32,463 nucleotides of DNA from Escherichia coli (lineage in GTDB: Bacteria; Pseudomonadota; Gammaproteobacteria; Enterobacterales; Enterobacteriaceae), in NCBI RefSeq assembly GCF_003334385.1, contig NZ_QOWN01000051.1, one strand, 5' to 3'. The position numbers were made by a program, and so were the translations under genes. The notes under the pieces are model-generated. The model made no database searches and was not told where the DNA came from. It saw only the letters and a list, made by a program, of their open reading frames with translations. Shown in pieces: positions 18,890 through 28,952 of this stretch (the first letter of the stretch is position 1; each line of letters starts with the position of its first letter).

Positions 18890-19744
18890 TCAGGGTGCAA
18901 GCTGTCTGACCCTTTCCCGATATTCTCCCGGGGTACAACCAAACTCGCGGACAAACGCCTTGTGAAAAGATGATTCACTGGCATAGCCTACTGACTCAGC
19001 GATCACCACAACAGGGAGCGTTTCCCGGGAAAACATCTGGGCCGCTATTTGTAGACGCAACTTTGTTAATACAGCCAGCGGCGTGGTTCCGGAAACATCA
19101 CGGAAAAGCTGGGCAAAACTTGCCCGGGACATGTGAGCGATGCTGGCCAGCGATTCGACGGTCCAGGCGTGTCCTGGCATTTCCAGCATTTGCTGTATTA
19201 CCGCACCAAGACGTGGATGCAGAAGCAAACTGAGAATGTTTTTCTCAGTATTAACCTGTGCAATCCACTCACGCACCGCGAGGGTAAAGAATGTAGCGCA
19301 GATCTGGCTACACAGTGCATCCACTCCCGGCATTGCCGATCTGGATTCCTGTTGTAAAAACGGGATCGCCTCCCTCAGCCAGTTATATTCCACGCTGTGG
19401 TTAACCGGTGCTAAAAACAGCGTTTCCGGCAAAGACGTTAAAAAATAACGCGCCGAATGTTGCAACCGAAGAGTGCCGCAGACAATACAGGTCGATTCAT
19501 TATCGACATGACTCAGGCGATGAGCTGAATTTTGTGGTAGCAGGACCACATTTCCCGGGCGTAATGTAAAAATCTCCCCCGTCGGCATTTCCAGCTTCGC
19601 CGCTCCTTGCGTTAACGCATGCCAACGAATAACCGATAATTCCCCGGCACCATGTGGAAGCTGCCAGTCACTTCCTAACACGCAATTCTTATCGATCGTT
19701 CCTTGTGGAGCGTTAAGCATCAACAAACGGCTAAGGGCATCCAT
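18890..19744 (-). CDS. rclR: AraC-family redox-sensing activator of the reactive-chlorine-stress operon (284 aa)
   Basis: C-terminal AraC-type HTH; N-terminal cysteines at about positions 21 and 89, matching the redox-sensing Cys pair I recall for RclR; divergent from rclA. Confidence 0.9.
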   Translation of the reverse strand: MDALSRLLMLNAPQGTIDKNCVLGSDWQLPHGAGELSVIRWHALTQGAAKLEMPTGEIFTLRPGNVVLLPQNSAHRLSHVDNESTCIVCGTLRLQHSARYFLTSLPETLFLAPVNHSVEYNWLREAIPFLQQESRSAMPGVDALCSQICATFFTLAVREWIAQVNTEKNILSLLLHPRLGAVIQQMLEMPGHAWTVESLASIAHMSRASFAQLFRDVSGTTPLAVLTKLRLQIAAQMFSRETLPVVVIAESVGYASESSFHKAFVREFGCTPGEYRERVRQLAP

Positions 19745-19969
19745 ATCAGACTCCTGAGTGGTTTTTGATTACAAACACCAACAATCTTAGTAAATAACTA
19801 ATCTAATACCATCAAATAGTTAATCATGATTTTTGTTTTGTGATTCTGATTAAGAAAAAGAAAATATCAGACGATAAGACAAAATATCAAGCGTTGTGAA
19901 GAAATGTTATTTGCTCTTTTGCGTCTATAGTCATGATGTCAAATGAACGCGTTTCGACAGGAAATCATC

Positions 19970-21295
19970 ATGAATAAATATCAGGCAGTGATTATTGGTT
20001 TTGGCAAGGCTGGAAAAACATTAGCCGTCACGCTGGCAAAAGCAGGTTGGCGAGTGGCTCTCATCGAACAATCAAATGCAATGTATGGCGGGACCTGTAT
20101 TAATATCGGCTGCATCCCAACCAAAACATTGGTTCATGACGCACAGCAGCACACAGATTTTGTCCGTGCCATACAGCGTAAAAATGAAGTGGTTAATTTT
20201 TTACGTAATAAGAATTTTCATAATCTTGCGGATATGCCCAATATCGACGTGATCGACGGCCAGGCGGAGTTTATCAATAATCATAGCCTGCGTGTTCATC
20301 GGCCTGAGGGAAATCTGGAAATTCATGGCGAGAAAATTTTTATTAATACCGGTGCACAAACCGTGGTTCCGCCAATTCCTGGAATTACCACCACGCCAGG
20401 AGTATATGACAGCACCGGATTACTTAATCTAAAAGAATTGCCTGGGCATTTAGGTATTTTGGGCGGCGGATATATTGGCGTTGAGTTCGCCTCTATGTTC
20501 GCTAATTTTGGCAGCAAGGTAACCATTTTAGAAGCAGCTTCGCTGTTTTTGCCTCGGGAAGATCGGGATATTGCTGATAATATCGCGACGATTTTACGCG
20601 ATCAGGGCGTCGATATTATCCTCAATGCCCATGTGGAGCGAATCAGTCACCATGAAAATCAAGTGCAAGTGCATAGCGAGCACGCCCAACTGGCGGTGGA
20701 TGCACTGTTAATAGCTTCCGGTCGTCAACCGGCTACCGCTTCGTTACATCCAGAAAATGCCGGTATCGCAGTAAACGAGCGCGGGGCAATTGTCGTTGAC
20801 AAGCGATTACATACCACCGCAGACAATATTTGGGCGATGGGAGATGTTACCGGCGGGCTGCAATTTACTTACATATCACTGGATGATTACCGCATTGTAC
20901 GTGATGAGTTACTGGGTGAAGGCAAACGTAGTACTGATGATCGGAAAAATGTGCCTTATTCCGTATTTATGACACCGCCCCTGTCCAGGGTTGGTATGAC
21001 AGAAGAACAAGCCAGAGAGAGTGGTGCTGATATTCAGGTGGTGACATTGCCTGTAGCTGCAATTCCGCGTGCCAGAGTGATGAATGATACTCGTGGGGTA
21101 TTAAAAGCGATTGTTGATAATAAAACCCAACGTATGTTAGGGGCATCACTGCTGTGTGTTGACTCCCACGAGATGATCAATATAGTGAAAATGGTGATGG
21201 ATGCCGGGCTGCCTTATAGCATATTACGCGATCAGATATTTACTCATCCGTCGATGAGCGAATCACTCAATGATCTATTTTCATTAGTCAAATAA
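19970..21295 (+). CDS. rclA: Pyridine nucleotide-disulfide oxidoreductase family flavoprotein (441 aa)
   Basis: N-terminal FAD dinucleotide-binding motif (VIIGFGKAGK) and redox-active CxxxxC (GGTCINIGCIP). Start chosen at MNKYQAVIIGFG with an upstream GGA-rich RBS. Confidence 0.9.
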   Translation: MNKYQAVIIGFGKAGKTLAVTLAKAGWRVALIEQSNAMYGGTCINIGCIPTKTLVHDAQQHTDFVRAIQRKNEVVNFLRNKNFHNLADMPNIDVIDGQAEFINNHSLRVHRPEGNLEIHGEKIFINTGAQTVVPPIPGITTTPGVYDSTGLLNLKELPGHLGILGGGYIGVEFASMFANFGSKVTILEAASLFLPREDRDIADNIATILRDQGVDIILNAHVERISHHENQVQVHSEHAQLAVDALLIASGRQPATASLHPENAGIAVNERGAIVVDKRLHTTADNIWAMGDVTGGLQFTYISLDDYRIVRDELLGEGKRSTDDRKNVPYSVFMTPPLSRVGMTEEQARESGADIQVVTLPVAAIPRARVMNDTRGVLKAIVDNKTQRMLGASLLCVDSHEMINIVKMVMDAGLPYSILRDQIFTHPSMSESLNDLFSLVK

Positions 21296-21403
21296 ACTCA
21301 AAATCAGACGCCAGAACAAATATTCTGGCGTCTCAGAGAAAAGAATCTTATTAATTCTCTGTTACTCTATAACTTCTTAATCACTTCATTGATGGTATTT
21401 TAT

Positions 21404-21640
21404 ATGTTTAAAAAATCTGTTTTATTTGCAACACTATTATCTGGCGTTATGGCATTTTCCACCAATGCAGATGATAAAATAATTCTGAAACATATCAGCG
21501 TCTCGTCAGTATCAGCATCACCGACAGTTCTGGAGGATACCATTGCTGATATAGCCAGAAAATATAATGCTTCATCCTGGAAAGTCACATCGATGCGAAT
21601 TGATAATAATTCAACCGCAACAGCAGTATTGTATAAATAA
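21404..21640 (+). CDS. rclB: Small periplasmic DUF1471 (YdgH/BhsA-like) protein (78 aa)
   Basis: Signal-peptide-like N-terminus MFKKSVLFATLLSGVMAFSTNA; start chosen at MFKK. Confidence 0.85.
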   Translation: MFKKSVLFATLLSGVMAFSTNADDKIILKHISVSSVSASPTVLEDTIADIARKYNASSWKVTSMRIDNNSTATAVLYK

Positions 21641-21651
21641 GGATGTTCACA

Positions 21652-22245
21652 ATGGAAAAATACCTGCACCTGTTAAGTCGGGGAGATAAAATTGGCCTGA
21701 CATTGATTCGTCTGAGTATTGCAATTGTTTTTATGTGGATTGGGTTATTAAAGTTTGTCCCTTACGAGGCAGACAGCATTACACCATTCGTCGCAAACAG
21801 TCCACTAATGTCGTTCTTTTATGAACACCCGGAAGACTATAAACAGTATCTGACTCACGAAGGCGAATACAAACCAGAAGCAAGGGCATGGCAAACGGCC
21901 AATAATACCTATGGTTTTTCCAACGGTCTTGGCGTCGTGGAGGTGATTATTGCTCTGCTGGTTTTGGCTAATCCTGTCAATCGCTGGTTAGGTTTATTGG
22001 GAGGACTGATGGCATTTACCACGCCGCTGGTAACACTCTCATTTTTAATCACCACCCCGGAGGCATGGGTACCCGCATTGGGTGACGCTCATCATGGTTT
22101 CCCTTATTTATCCGGTGCTGGTCGCCTGGTATTGAAAGATACTCTGATGCTGGCAGGTGCAGTCATGATAATGGCAGATTCGGCGCGGGAAATTCTTAAA
22201 CAACGCAGTAATGAATCCAGTTCAACGTTAAAAACTGAATATTGA
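21652..22245 (+). CDS. rclC: Inner-membrane protein of the rcl operon (197 aa)
   Basis: Multi-TM hydrophobic ORF immediately after rclB; start chosen at MEKYLHLL. Confidence 0.85.
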   Translation: MEKYLHLLSRGDKIGLTLIRLSIAIVFMWIGLLKFVPYEADSITPFVANSPLMSFFYEHPEDYKQYLTHEGEYKPEARAWQTANNTYGFSNGLGVVEVIIALLVLANPVNRWLGLLGGLMAFTTPLVTLSFLITTPEAWVPALGDAHHGFPYLSGAGRLVLKDTLMLAGAVMIMADSAREILKQRSNESSSTLKTEY

Positions 22246-22403
22246 TAATCCGAACACTGTCTGTTGTTCACTTTTTCAGGCGTCAGGCCCCCTTTCTGAT
22301 GATGAAGCCTGACGCCATATTACCGGAGATATGACAGAGTGAAGATCAATATCACTCCCTGTTAAAAGGTTTTTGTCGTCTTAGGTAAAATACATGATTA
22401 ATA

Positions 22404-22571
22404 TCAATCATGTATTTTTACAGCAAGACAACCACGAACAAATTCAGGATTAAAATGTTTTACCGACTCCCCAACATAACCCAAATCAAGCGAACTAATT
22501 TGTGCCATTTCTTTATCTGTCAGTGAGAAATCGATTTTTGATGGGCATCTGCAATACTCTGAAGCAGACTA
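22404..22571 (-). pseudogene. C-terminal remnant of an aldo-keto-reductase-like gene (ykgQ-like pseudogene)
   Basis: Hand translation of the minus strand gives ...KIDFSLTDKEMAQISSLDLGYVGESVKHFNPEFVRGCLAVKIHD*, resembling AKR C-termini; an in-frame stop sits immediately upstream and another frame carries a further fragment (...VCFVVPENREV...), so the gene is disrupted. Confidence 0.4.
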
Positions 22572-22834
22572 TACGGAAAATTCCACTGTCAGTCCCTCCA
22601 TTAGGCATGAACAATGAGTCTACGTTAAAACGTAACCTCAAAGTAGTATGTGGATTTTGATATCACTTATGCAAAAAATTCATTAATAATGTAGGACTGA
22701 AACCTCTCTATTTTCGGGGACAACGAAGCAGACGCTACCAGTGCTTTTGCCTTCGCCCTTGCTATTTTTGATACACTTAGGGCCCAGGGTATAACGAAAA
22801 TGTGCGATATGACAAAGAATTAACGGAGAATGAG

Positions 22835-23686
22835 ATGATCAGGCAGAATATTCTACAGCAGCTCCTGGAGTGGATTGAGTGCAATCTTGAGCACCCTATT
22901 TCAATCGAAGATATCGCACAGAAATCTGGCTACAGCAGACGCAACATCCAGCTTCTGTTCCGAAATTTCATGCATGTGCCTTTGGGAGAATACATTCGCA
23001 AACGAAGGCTTTGTCGTGCCGCCATTCTTGTCCGGCTCACCGCGAAATCTATGCTTGATATTGCACTCTCTTTGCATTTTGATTCACAGCAGTCATTCAG
23101 CCGCGAATTTAAAAAGTTATTCGGCTGCTCTCCCCGTGAATACCGCCACCGTGATTATTGGGATCTCGCAAATATCTTCCCTTCTTTTTTAATACGTCAA
23201 CAGCAAAAGACGGAGTGTAGATTAATCAACTTTCCTGAGACACCTATTTTTGGCAACTCATTTAAATATGACATTGAAGTGTCGAATAAATCACCGGATG
23301 AAGAAGTCAAACTACGACGTCATCATTTAGCCAGATGTATGAAGAATTTTAAGACGGATATCTATTTCGTTTCCACGTTTGAACCGTCAACAAAATCGGT
23401 CGATTTGCTCACGGTTGAAACTTTTGCTGGTACGGTATGTGAATATGCTGACATGCCAAAAGAGTGGACAACGACCCGAGGACTTTATGCCTCTTTCCGT
23501 TATGAAGGAAACTGGGAAAATTATCCTGACTGGGTGCGTAACATCTATCTGATAGAGTTACCTGCCAGGGGGTTAGCCAGAGTGAACGGCAGCGATATTG
23601 AGCGCTTTTATTACAATGAAGATTTCGTAGAAAAGGATGGCAATGATGTTGTTTGCGAAATTTTTATTCCCGTTCGTCCGGTTTAG
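22835..23686 (+). CDS. ykgA: AraC-family regulator with N-terminal HTH and C-terminal GyrI-like effector domain, apparently full length (283 aa)
   Basis: AraC-type HTH near the N-terminus (ISIEDIAQKSGYSRRNIQLLFRNF...FSREFKKLFGCSPREYR). Start chosen at MIRQNILQQLLEW. Confidence 0.8.
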   Translation: MIRQNILQQLLEWIECNLEHPISIEDIAQKSGYSRRNIQLLFRNFMHVPLGEYIRKRRLCRAAILVRLTAKSMLDIALSLHFDSQQSFSREFKKLFGCSPREYRHRDYWDLANIFPSFLIRQQQKTECRLINFPETPIFGNSFKYDIEVSNKSPDEEVKLRRHHLARCMKNFKTDIYFVSTFEPSTKSVDLLTVETFAGTVCEYADMPKEWTTTRGLYASFRYEGNWENYPDWVRNIYLIELPARGLARVNGSDIERFYYNEDFVEKDGNDVVCEIFIPVRPV

Positions 23687-23714
23687 TTGGTCACTATCTC
23701 TTATTGAGTTTTAT

Positions 23715-23750
23715 CCTTGCCTGATACTATTTAATCAGTATCAGGCAAGG
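23715..23750. terminator. Perfect 14-bp inverted repeat (CCTTGCCTGATACT / AGTATCAGGCAAGG, 8-nt loop) between convergent ykgA and eaeH
   Basis: Directly visible; no strong T-tract on either side, so terminator function is an inference. Confidence 0.45.
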
Positions 23751-23825
23751 TATTCAGTGAATAATGGCGTTGAATATTTCAACACCATTATTCTTTATTA
23801 GATCGTAACTTTCATACTATTCAAA

Positions 23826-26800
23826 TTATGGCATCTCCTCCTCGCCATTTTCAGTCTCTGCAGCAACGGCGTTAATTGTCACCTTCACAGGCGTCATTTC
23901 GTACCCGCCATACGTCAGTGCGTTGAATGTGAACGTATAGACACCTGGCTTGCTGGTACTAAATGTACGCGTGATTTTCCCACCTGAGAAATGGTCAGCC
24001 TTCGACGGCAGGAATTGATAATCCTTCTCCGTCACTCCTTCCGGAGCCTCAATGTCGACCCACATACTTCCTCCTACGGGATTGACTCCCGCCATCAGGG
24101 TAACCGTCATTGTTGCAGTAGTCTTCCCGTCCGCCACCAGAGAATCTACACGTTCTGGAGATGCGGCGAGCACCGCGTTTTTATCATCCGCGACGAATTT
24201 AGATTCAGCAGTTTTCGTCGATACCTGACCGTTGGCCTGTTCCACTTTCGCCGTGAGTGTATATGTCGCTGCGATAGTGGTAGAGCCGGTGAAAACAGCC
24301 TGTCCTTGCTCATTAGTTTTCGCCGTCCCTTTAGGATCCAGAACTAAATTTTCCGAGCTGGCAGTCAGCGTCACGTCGCTATCCTTCAACAGGTTGTTAT
24401 TGGCATCAGTCACCGTAACTTTATACGTCTGTTTGGTTTTGCCATCCGCCACTGCACGGTTGCCAATCACCTCAATACTGGAGATGGTCGCCGTAGTCTT
24501 ATCGGCCACAAACGTTACAGACTGCGCATTCGAAGGCTGGTCATTTCCTGCCGACGCCGTGATCTCATACGTTCCGGCAGTCACGGAGACCACTTTCAGT
24601 TCCGCTTTACCCTCCTTGTCGGCGTTCACCATGATATTACCGTCTGCAAGCGGTTTGACGCCCCGAGGCAGATTAAAGACGACCACAGCGCCAGGCAGAA
24701 GGTTGCCGTATTGATCCTTAACCGTTGCCGTCAGCGTAAAGGCATCATTGTCGTTTGCCACTTTTGGCGTGCTGCCATCAACCTCCAGGGTCGCCTGACC
24801 GGTACTGAAATCCGCCTTGAATTTCACCGTAACCGTCTTCTGAGCATTATTCACTGAGGCCGTGATGCTGTGTTCCCCCGCAACCGTTGACATAAGCTCA
24901 ATGTCCACTTTCCCTGCCGCATTGGTTGTTACTGTATTCCCCGTCTTGCTGGTCACACCCTGCGGTAAAGTCAGCGTAACTTCTTGCCCCTGCAACGGGT
25001 TACCATAGCTGTCCACGACGGTCAGGGTTATCTGGTTAGCAGACTGTCCATTAGCCAGTTGGTTATTAACCTTCACTGTCATATCACGAATCTCAGCCTT
25101 AGATGCGTCACCTGCAACGTTCAGCACCAGTGGCTGAGCAACGGCATTTTGGCCGTTCACTCGCGGCATCACAGACAACTGACCCGCGGCAGATCCCAGC
25201 GTTAAGGTCGCCACGTAGACCCCATTACCTTTCTCTGTCCAGTTTCCTGCTGAAGGACGCTCACTCCCCGTGCTGGCGGCACCGCTAAACACTGGTGCAT
25301 CTGGCTTCAGCCCGGTGACCGGGTTCCCGTACGCATCCTTCACGGTGAAGGTGAGTTCCGTCGTCATTTTGACGGTCGGAGCCTTATTGTCCGCAACAAG
25401 CGTAGAGTTCGCTGATGACATCTCTCCGGCGATGACCGTCAACTGCGCGGCTTCGGTGGCTGCTGGCTGGCCGTTGAAGAGCGGCATGACACGAAGCTCG
25501 CCCGTCTTTCCGCCTGTAGTTAACGTAGCAACATAGGAACAGTCACCTTTTTCGGTCCAACTGGAAACGGTCGCCCCTTCAGAGGCGGTCCCCGTCAAAC
25601 TTGCCGACAACGAAAGACCACTGATAGTGTTGCCATGTGCATCTTTTGCAATAAGCGTCACGGTTGTGCTTTCGCCGGCTTTTACGTGATCTTCTGCGAC
25701 AGAGACTTTCGACTGGTTTGAAGATAACGCATCAGCCACCACGGTTACTTTTGCCGCATTTGCTGCCGCATCCTGTCCATTTAGCTTCGGCATAACTTCT
25801 AATTCACCCGCCGTAGAGCCGAGAGTAATCTGCGCAGTCCACGTCCCATCACCATTATTTGTCCAGCCAGATGCCGTAGAACCTACAGCAGCGGCACCCG
25901 CTAATGACGGCGCTTCCGGCGTGAGGCTGGTCACAGGGTTGTCATAGGCATCTTTTGCCGTCCAGATTGCCGTAACTGTACCGCCAACCACCGGTTTATC
26001 AGGATTCAGGGTGATGGACGAATGTGCTGCATCAAGCGGACCGGCAACAAACTTCAGCGTTTGTTGTAATGTGCCCAGCTGATACTGCTCGCTGAAAGCA
26101 CGCACAACAACGTTTCCGGCACGGGTCGAAGAAACCGTGGCGCTGTAAACGCCTGGTTTTATTTCCGAAATGGCACCAACGGTTACACCATTAGTGTCTT
26201 GCGGAACAAATCGCAAGCGGCTGGCTTCTCCCGTCACCGGATTACCCTCGGAGTCCACCGCAGTCAACGTCAACGTATAGGCTTGCTGACCATCAGCAAC
26301 CACATCACCTGACGGCTCGTTAGCGCTCAGGGTGGAGTTTGCCACATCCATCATCGTGGCCCGCAGTTCTGCAGTGACGGTTTTGCTCATGCCATCAACG
26401 CTAACAGTAATCGTTGCCTCACCTGACTGCGTTCCGGTAGTAAAGACAGACTGATACACCCCTGCTTCAGTTTCGGTGAACTCACCCAGTGTTGGCTTTG
26501 CCTGTGATTTAGTGGCCTTCAGGGAACGAGTCACAATATTTCCAGCCGGTTTGAAGGCTAGTTCAGTCTTGATCTGATCTTTCATGCCCGTGACTGGCTG
26601 CCCCTCGGCGTCGCGCAGAGACAGCACCAGCGGTCTTTGCTCATTACCGTTAGCAAGCATTTGAATACGGCTCTGACCGTCAAGCGTTAACGCCGTGCGA
26701 TCGGCGCTCATACCTGCTCCGGTAATGACCACCTCTGTCTGCACGCGTTTTGAGGCATTGCCTTTGTTATCGTAGGCAACCGCAGAAATCGCATAATAAT

Positions 26801-28082
26801 TGTCTTTGCCTGGACGATAAGCCGGGAGCGTTACTTGCCACTGACTACCCTGACCGGTAATTTTGCCACCCTCAGCCAGTAATGACGGCGCTTCCCACTG
26901 CACATTTTTCAGTCCGTGAGTTGCTTTGCTGACCACAAGCCCCAGGGAAAGTGTCTGACCACCCTTACCTTCAATACGTTCAGGCAGAGCAATACGGATC
27001 ACTTCAGATTTGCGGTACTCAAGAACGATGTTGTTATTACGCTCAACCAGGTCATAGCGGCTGCCTGCCAGTACCCGACGCTCGCGAATGCTGTCTGTAT
27101 CGAGTTGTTTCGCCAGAGGTTCGCCAATCCGATAATTAACTTCCAGGCCAAAGCGAGTGTCATTCTCACCACTCTTGCCCTGCTTATGCCCGGCGCTCAG
27201 TGTCAGAAGAGGCACTGGCGTATAGGTCACCTCGGCAGAAATAGCATGCGGGTCTTTCTGGCGCTTATCTTTACCAAACAGCCCGACTTCATCGCCATAA
27301 TACTGTTCATACATCAGGCTTGCGCCAAGCTGCGGCCAGGCGGGTAAATAGCCCTCAGCACGAATATCCCAGCCATTCGCCGGGCGTTCCTGATAATCCT
27401 CAATATCCGGCGATTTTTTCCAGCCAGAAGCCCGAATATAACCATTGGCGCTCAGTTTCAGATAATCGCGCCAGTATTCCGCACCAACACCAATGCGGGT
27501 ATGACTACGGGATAAATCATGATCGATAAAAGTATTCACCCCCGCCATCCAGTCATTTCCTGAAAAATGACGCCAGCCAAAACCAATATTTGACTGAGTA
27601 CGATCGTCTGTACGATGTATTGCCCCCTGAGTGAACAACATATTTGTCGGCGTATCATAAATCGGATAAAGCATTTCCAGCGAAGAATCCTTCAGCGAGA
27701 AATCTTTATCGACATTCAGTTTGACGCGCGCAGTACCATATTTCCCGAGCCACTCCTGTATTTCCTGGTTAGCTTTAGCTGTGGCCATTCCGGTAATAAA
27801 GTTACGTGTCGCATCGCTATCTGGCTGACTGCTTAAAAATGTCCCGGCATTTGCGGCAAACGACGCGACATTTTTCTCCACGTTATTATCAGCAGTTACC
27901 GTAGTATTTCCCATGCTCAACCGTGGCTGAACCGCATGCTGCGCACGTGCCGCCATTACTGGGGTAAAGGTGACAGCGAGTGGAAAAAGAACCTGAACAG
28001 AGATATTTGCCCACGCCACGCAGCGGGCCAGAACTGAATAACGAAATCGTGATTGTTTATGACCTGTTTTATAATGTGACAT
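23826..28082 (-). CDS. eaeH: Intimin/invasin-family inverse autotransporter adhesin (FdeC/EaeH type), full length, 1418 aa
   Basis: N-terminal signal-like segment, then a beta-barrel-sized region, then a long tail of tandem Ig-like modules with recurring WTEKGNGVYVATLTLGSAAGQLSVMPRVNGQ-type motifs and T/V/S-rich beta-strand composition. Uninterrupted here. Confidence 0.9.
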   Translation of the reverse strand: MSHYKTGHKQSRFRYSVLARCVAWANISVQVLFPLAVTFTPVMAARAQHAVQPRLSMGNTTVTADNNVEKNVASFAANAGTFLSSQPDSDATRNFITGMATAKANQEIQEWLGKYGTARVKLNVDKDFSLKDSSLEMLYPIYDTPTNMLFTQGAIHRTDDRTQSNIGFGWRHFSGNDWMAGVNTFIDHDLSRSHTRIGVGAEYWRDYLKLSANGYIRASGWKKSPDIEDYQERPANGWDIRAEGYLPAWPQLGASLMYEQYYGDEVGLFGKDKRQKDPHAISAEVTYTPVPLLTLSAGHKQGKSGENDTRFGLEVNYRIGEPLAKQLDTDSIRERRVLAGSRYDLVERNNNIVLEYRKSEVIRIALPERIEGKGGQTLSLGLVVSKATHGLKNVQWEAPSLLAEGGKITGQGSQWQVTLPAYRPGKDNYYAISAVAYDNKGNASKRVQTEVVITGAGMSADRTALTLDGQSRIQMLANGNEQRPLVLSLRDAEGQPVTGMKDQIKTELAFKPAGNIVTRSLKATKSQAKPTLGEFTETEAGVYQSVFTTGTQSGEATITVSVDGMSKTVTAELRATMMDVANSTLSANEPSGDVVADGQQAYTLTLTAVDSEGNPVTGEASRLRFVPQDTNGVTVGAISEIKPGVYSATVSSTRAGNVVVRAFSEQYQLGTLQQTLKFVAGPLDAAHSSITLNPDKPVVGGTVTAIWTAKDAYDNPVTSLTPEAPSLAGAAAVGSTASGWTNNGDGTWTAQITLGSTAGELEVMPKLNGQDAAANAAKVTVVADALSSNQSKVSVAEDHVKAGESTTVTLIAKDAHGNTISGLSLSASLTGTASEGATVSSWTEKGDCSYVATLTTGGKTGELRVMPLFNGQPAATEAAQLTVIAGEMSSANSTLVADNKAPTVKMTTELTFTVKDAYGNPVTGLKPDAPVFSGAASTGSERPSAGNWTEKGNGVYVATLTLGSAAGQLSVMPRVNGQNAVAQPLVLNVAGDASKAEIRDMTVKVNNQLANGQSANQITLTVVDSYGNPLQGQEVTLTLPQGVTSKTGNTVTTNAAGKVDIELMSTVAGEHSITASVNNAQKTVTVKFKADFSTGQATLEVDGSTPKVANDNDAFTLTATVKDQYGNLLPGAVVVFNLPRGVKPLADGNIMVNADKEGKAELKVVSVTAGTYEITASAGNDQPSNAQSVTFVADKTTATISSIEVIGNRAVADGKTKQTYKVTVTDANNNLLKDSDVTLTASSENLVLDPKGTAKTNEQGQAVFTGSTTIAATYTLTAKVEQANGQVSTKTAESKFVADDKNAVLAASPERVDSLVADGKTTATMTVTLMAGVNPVGGSMWVDIEAPEGVTEKDYQFLPSKADHFSGGKITRTFSTSKPGVYTFTFNALTYGGYEMTPVKVTINAVAAETENGEEEMP

Positions 28083-28952
28083 TGAGATAATTTCCTGATG
28101 AACGAATTAACGAACATAGGCAGACACAAATAATGGCGTCTGCTTGTCAGAAAAACCGGGGATTTCCCGATTTCCTTTTCCGCAGAAAAGGAAATACCTT
28201 TATGTAAGAAAGTGCACCGCCACCTAATATATCCAGTGCCTATAGCCACTCATCAGGTGGTTGGGCGCGGGATTATATTTTTATTTATGGGGGAAAATTT
28301 AGCTTTTTGTGCAAGTCATTAAATAGATACCTAAGTTATATTTCTTACTCTGCGGACAGTGAATAATTCACTATTCAGAGTGAATAACAATGACCTGCCT
28401 TTAATTAAAACTATTGGAAATACGTCGAAATAGGTATATATGCCAGGATAAACCAATATATTTTTTATGGATATTCATTTTCCTTCATCGGACTGTAAAT
28501 TGCGGAGATATCGAACTTGCACTACCCATCGCAACACTCAAACAGATTTATGAATTTCGTTCATAACCCCTGACAAATTCTGCCGTCTAATCGAGCTTTT
28601 CCCTTTACGTTATGCTTCTCATGAACGATAACACAACTTGTTCATGAATTAACCATTCCGGATAAACTATGGGATCAAATTCAGGCATCGAAAGGAACTG
28701 GCTGGTTTCCGTTAATGGATTAAATATCTATTATTCTCCCGAGAGTAAAACTATCAAATCAATGAGTAACCGATACAGCCTCACAAATTCTTTCAGATAA
28801 TTAACCCGTCACTGCGGCACGTTCTCTCATAAGGCGTGCCTGCAGTGTAATCCAGTATGTATCCGGCATAGTTGACGGTTTAATAGAACTCAATTCCTCT
28901 CCCAGGTCACCAACAACGATATCTTGTATAACACCCCAGGAGATACGACATT

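Noticed and set aside
18756-18938. 60-aa minus-strand ORF overlapping the rclR 3' end
   Set aside because: Overlaps the rclR stop region, no RBS, low-complexity sequence.
23991-27836. Plus-strand ORFs inside eaeH (for example 24232-24714, 26916-27347)
   Set aside because: Antisense frames within a 4.2-kb adhesin gene; repeat-rich DNA generates long spurious frames.
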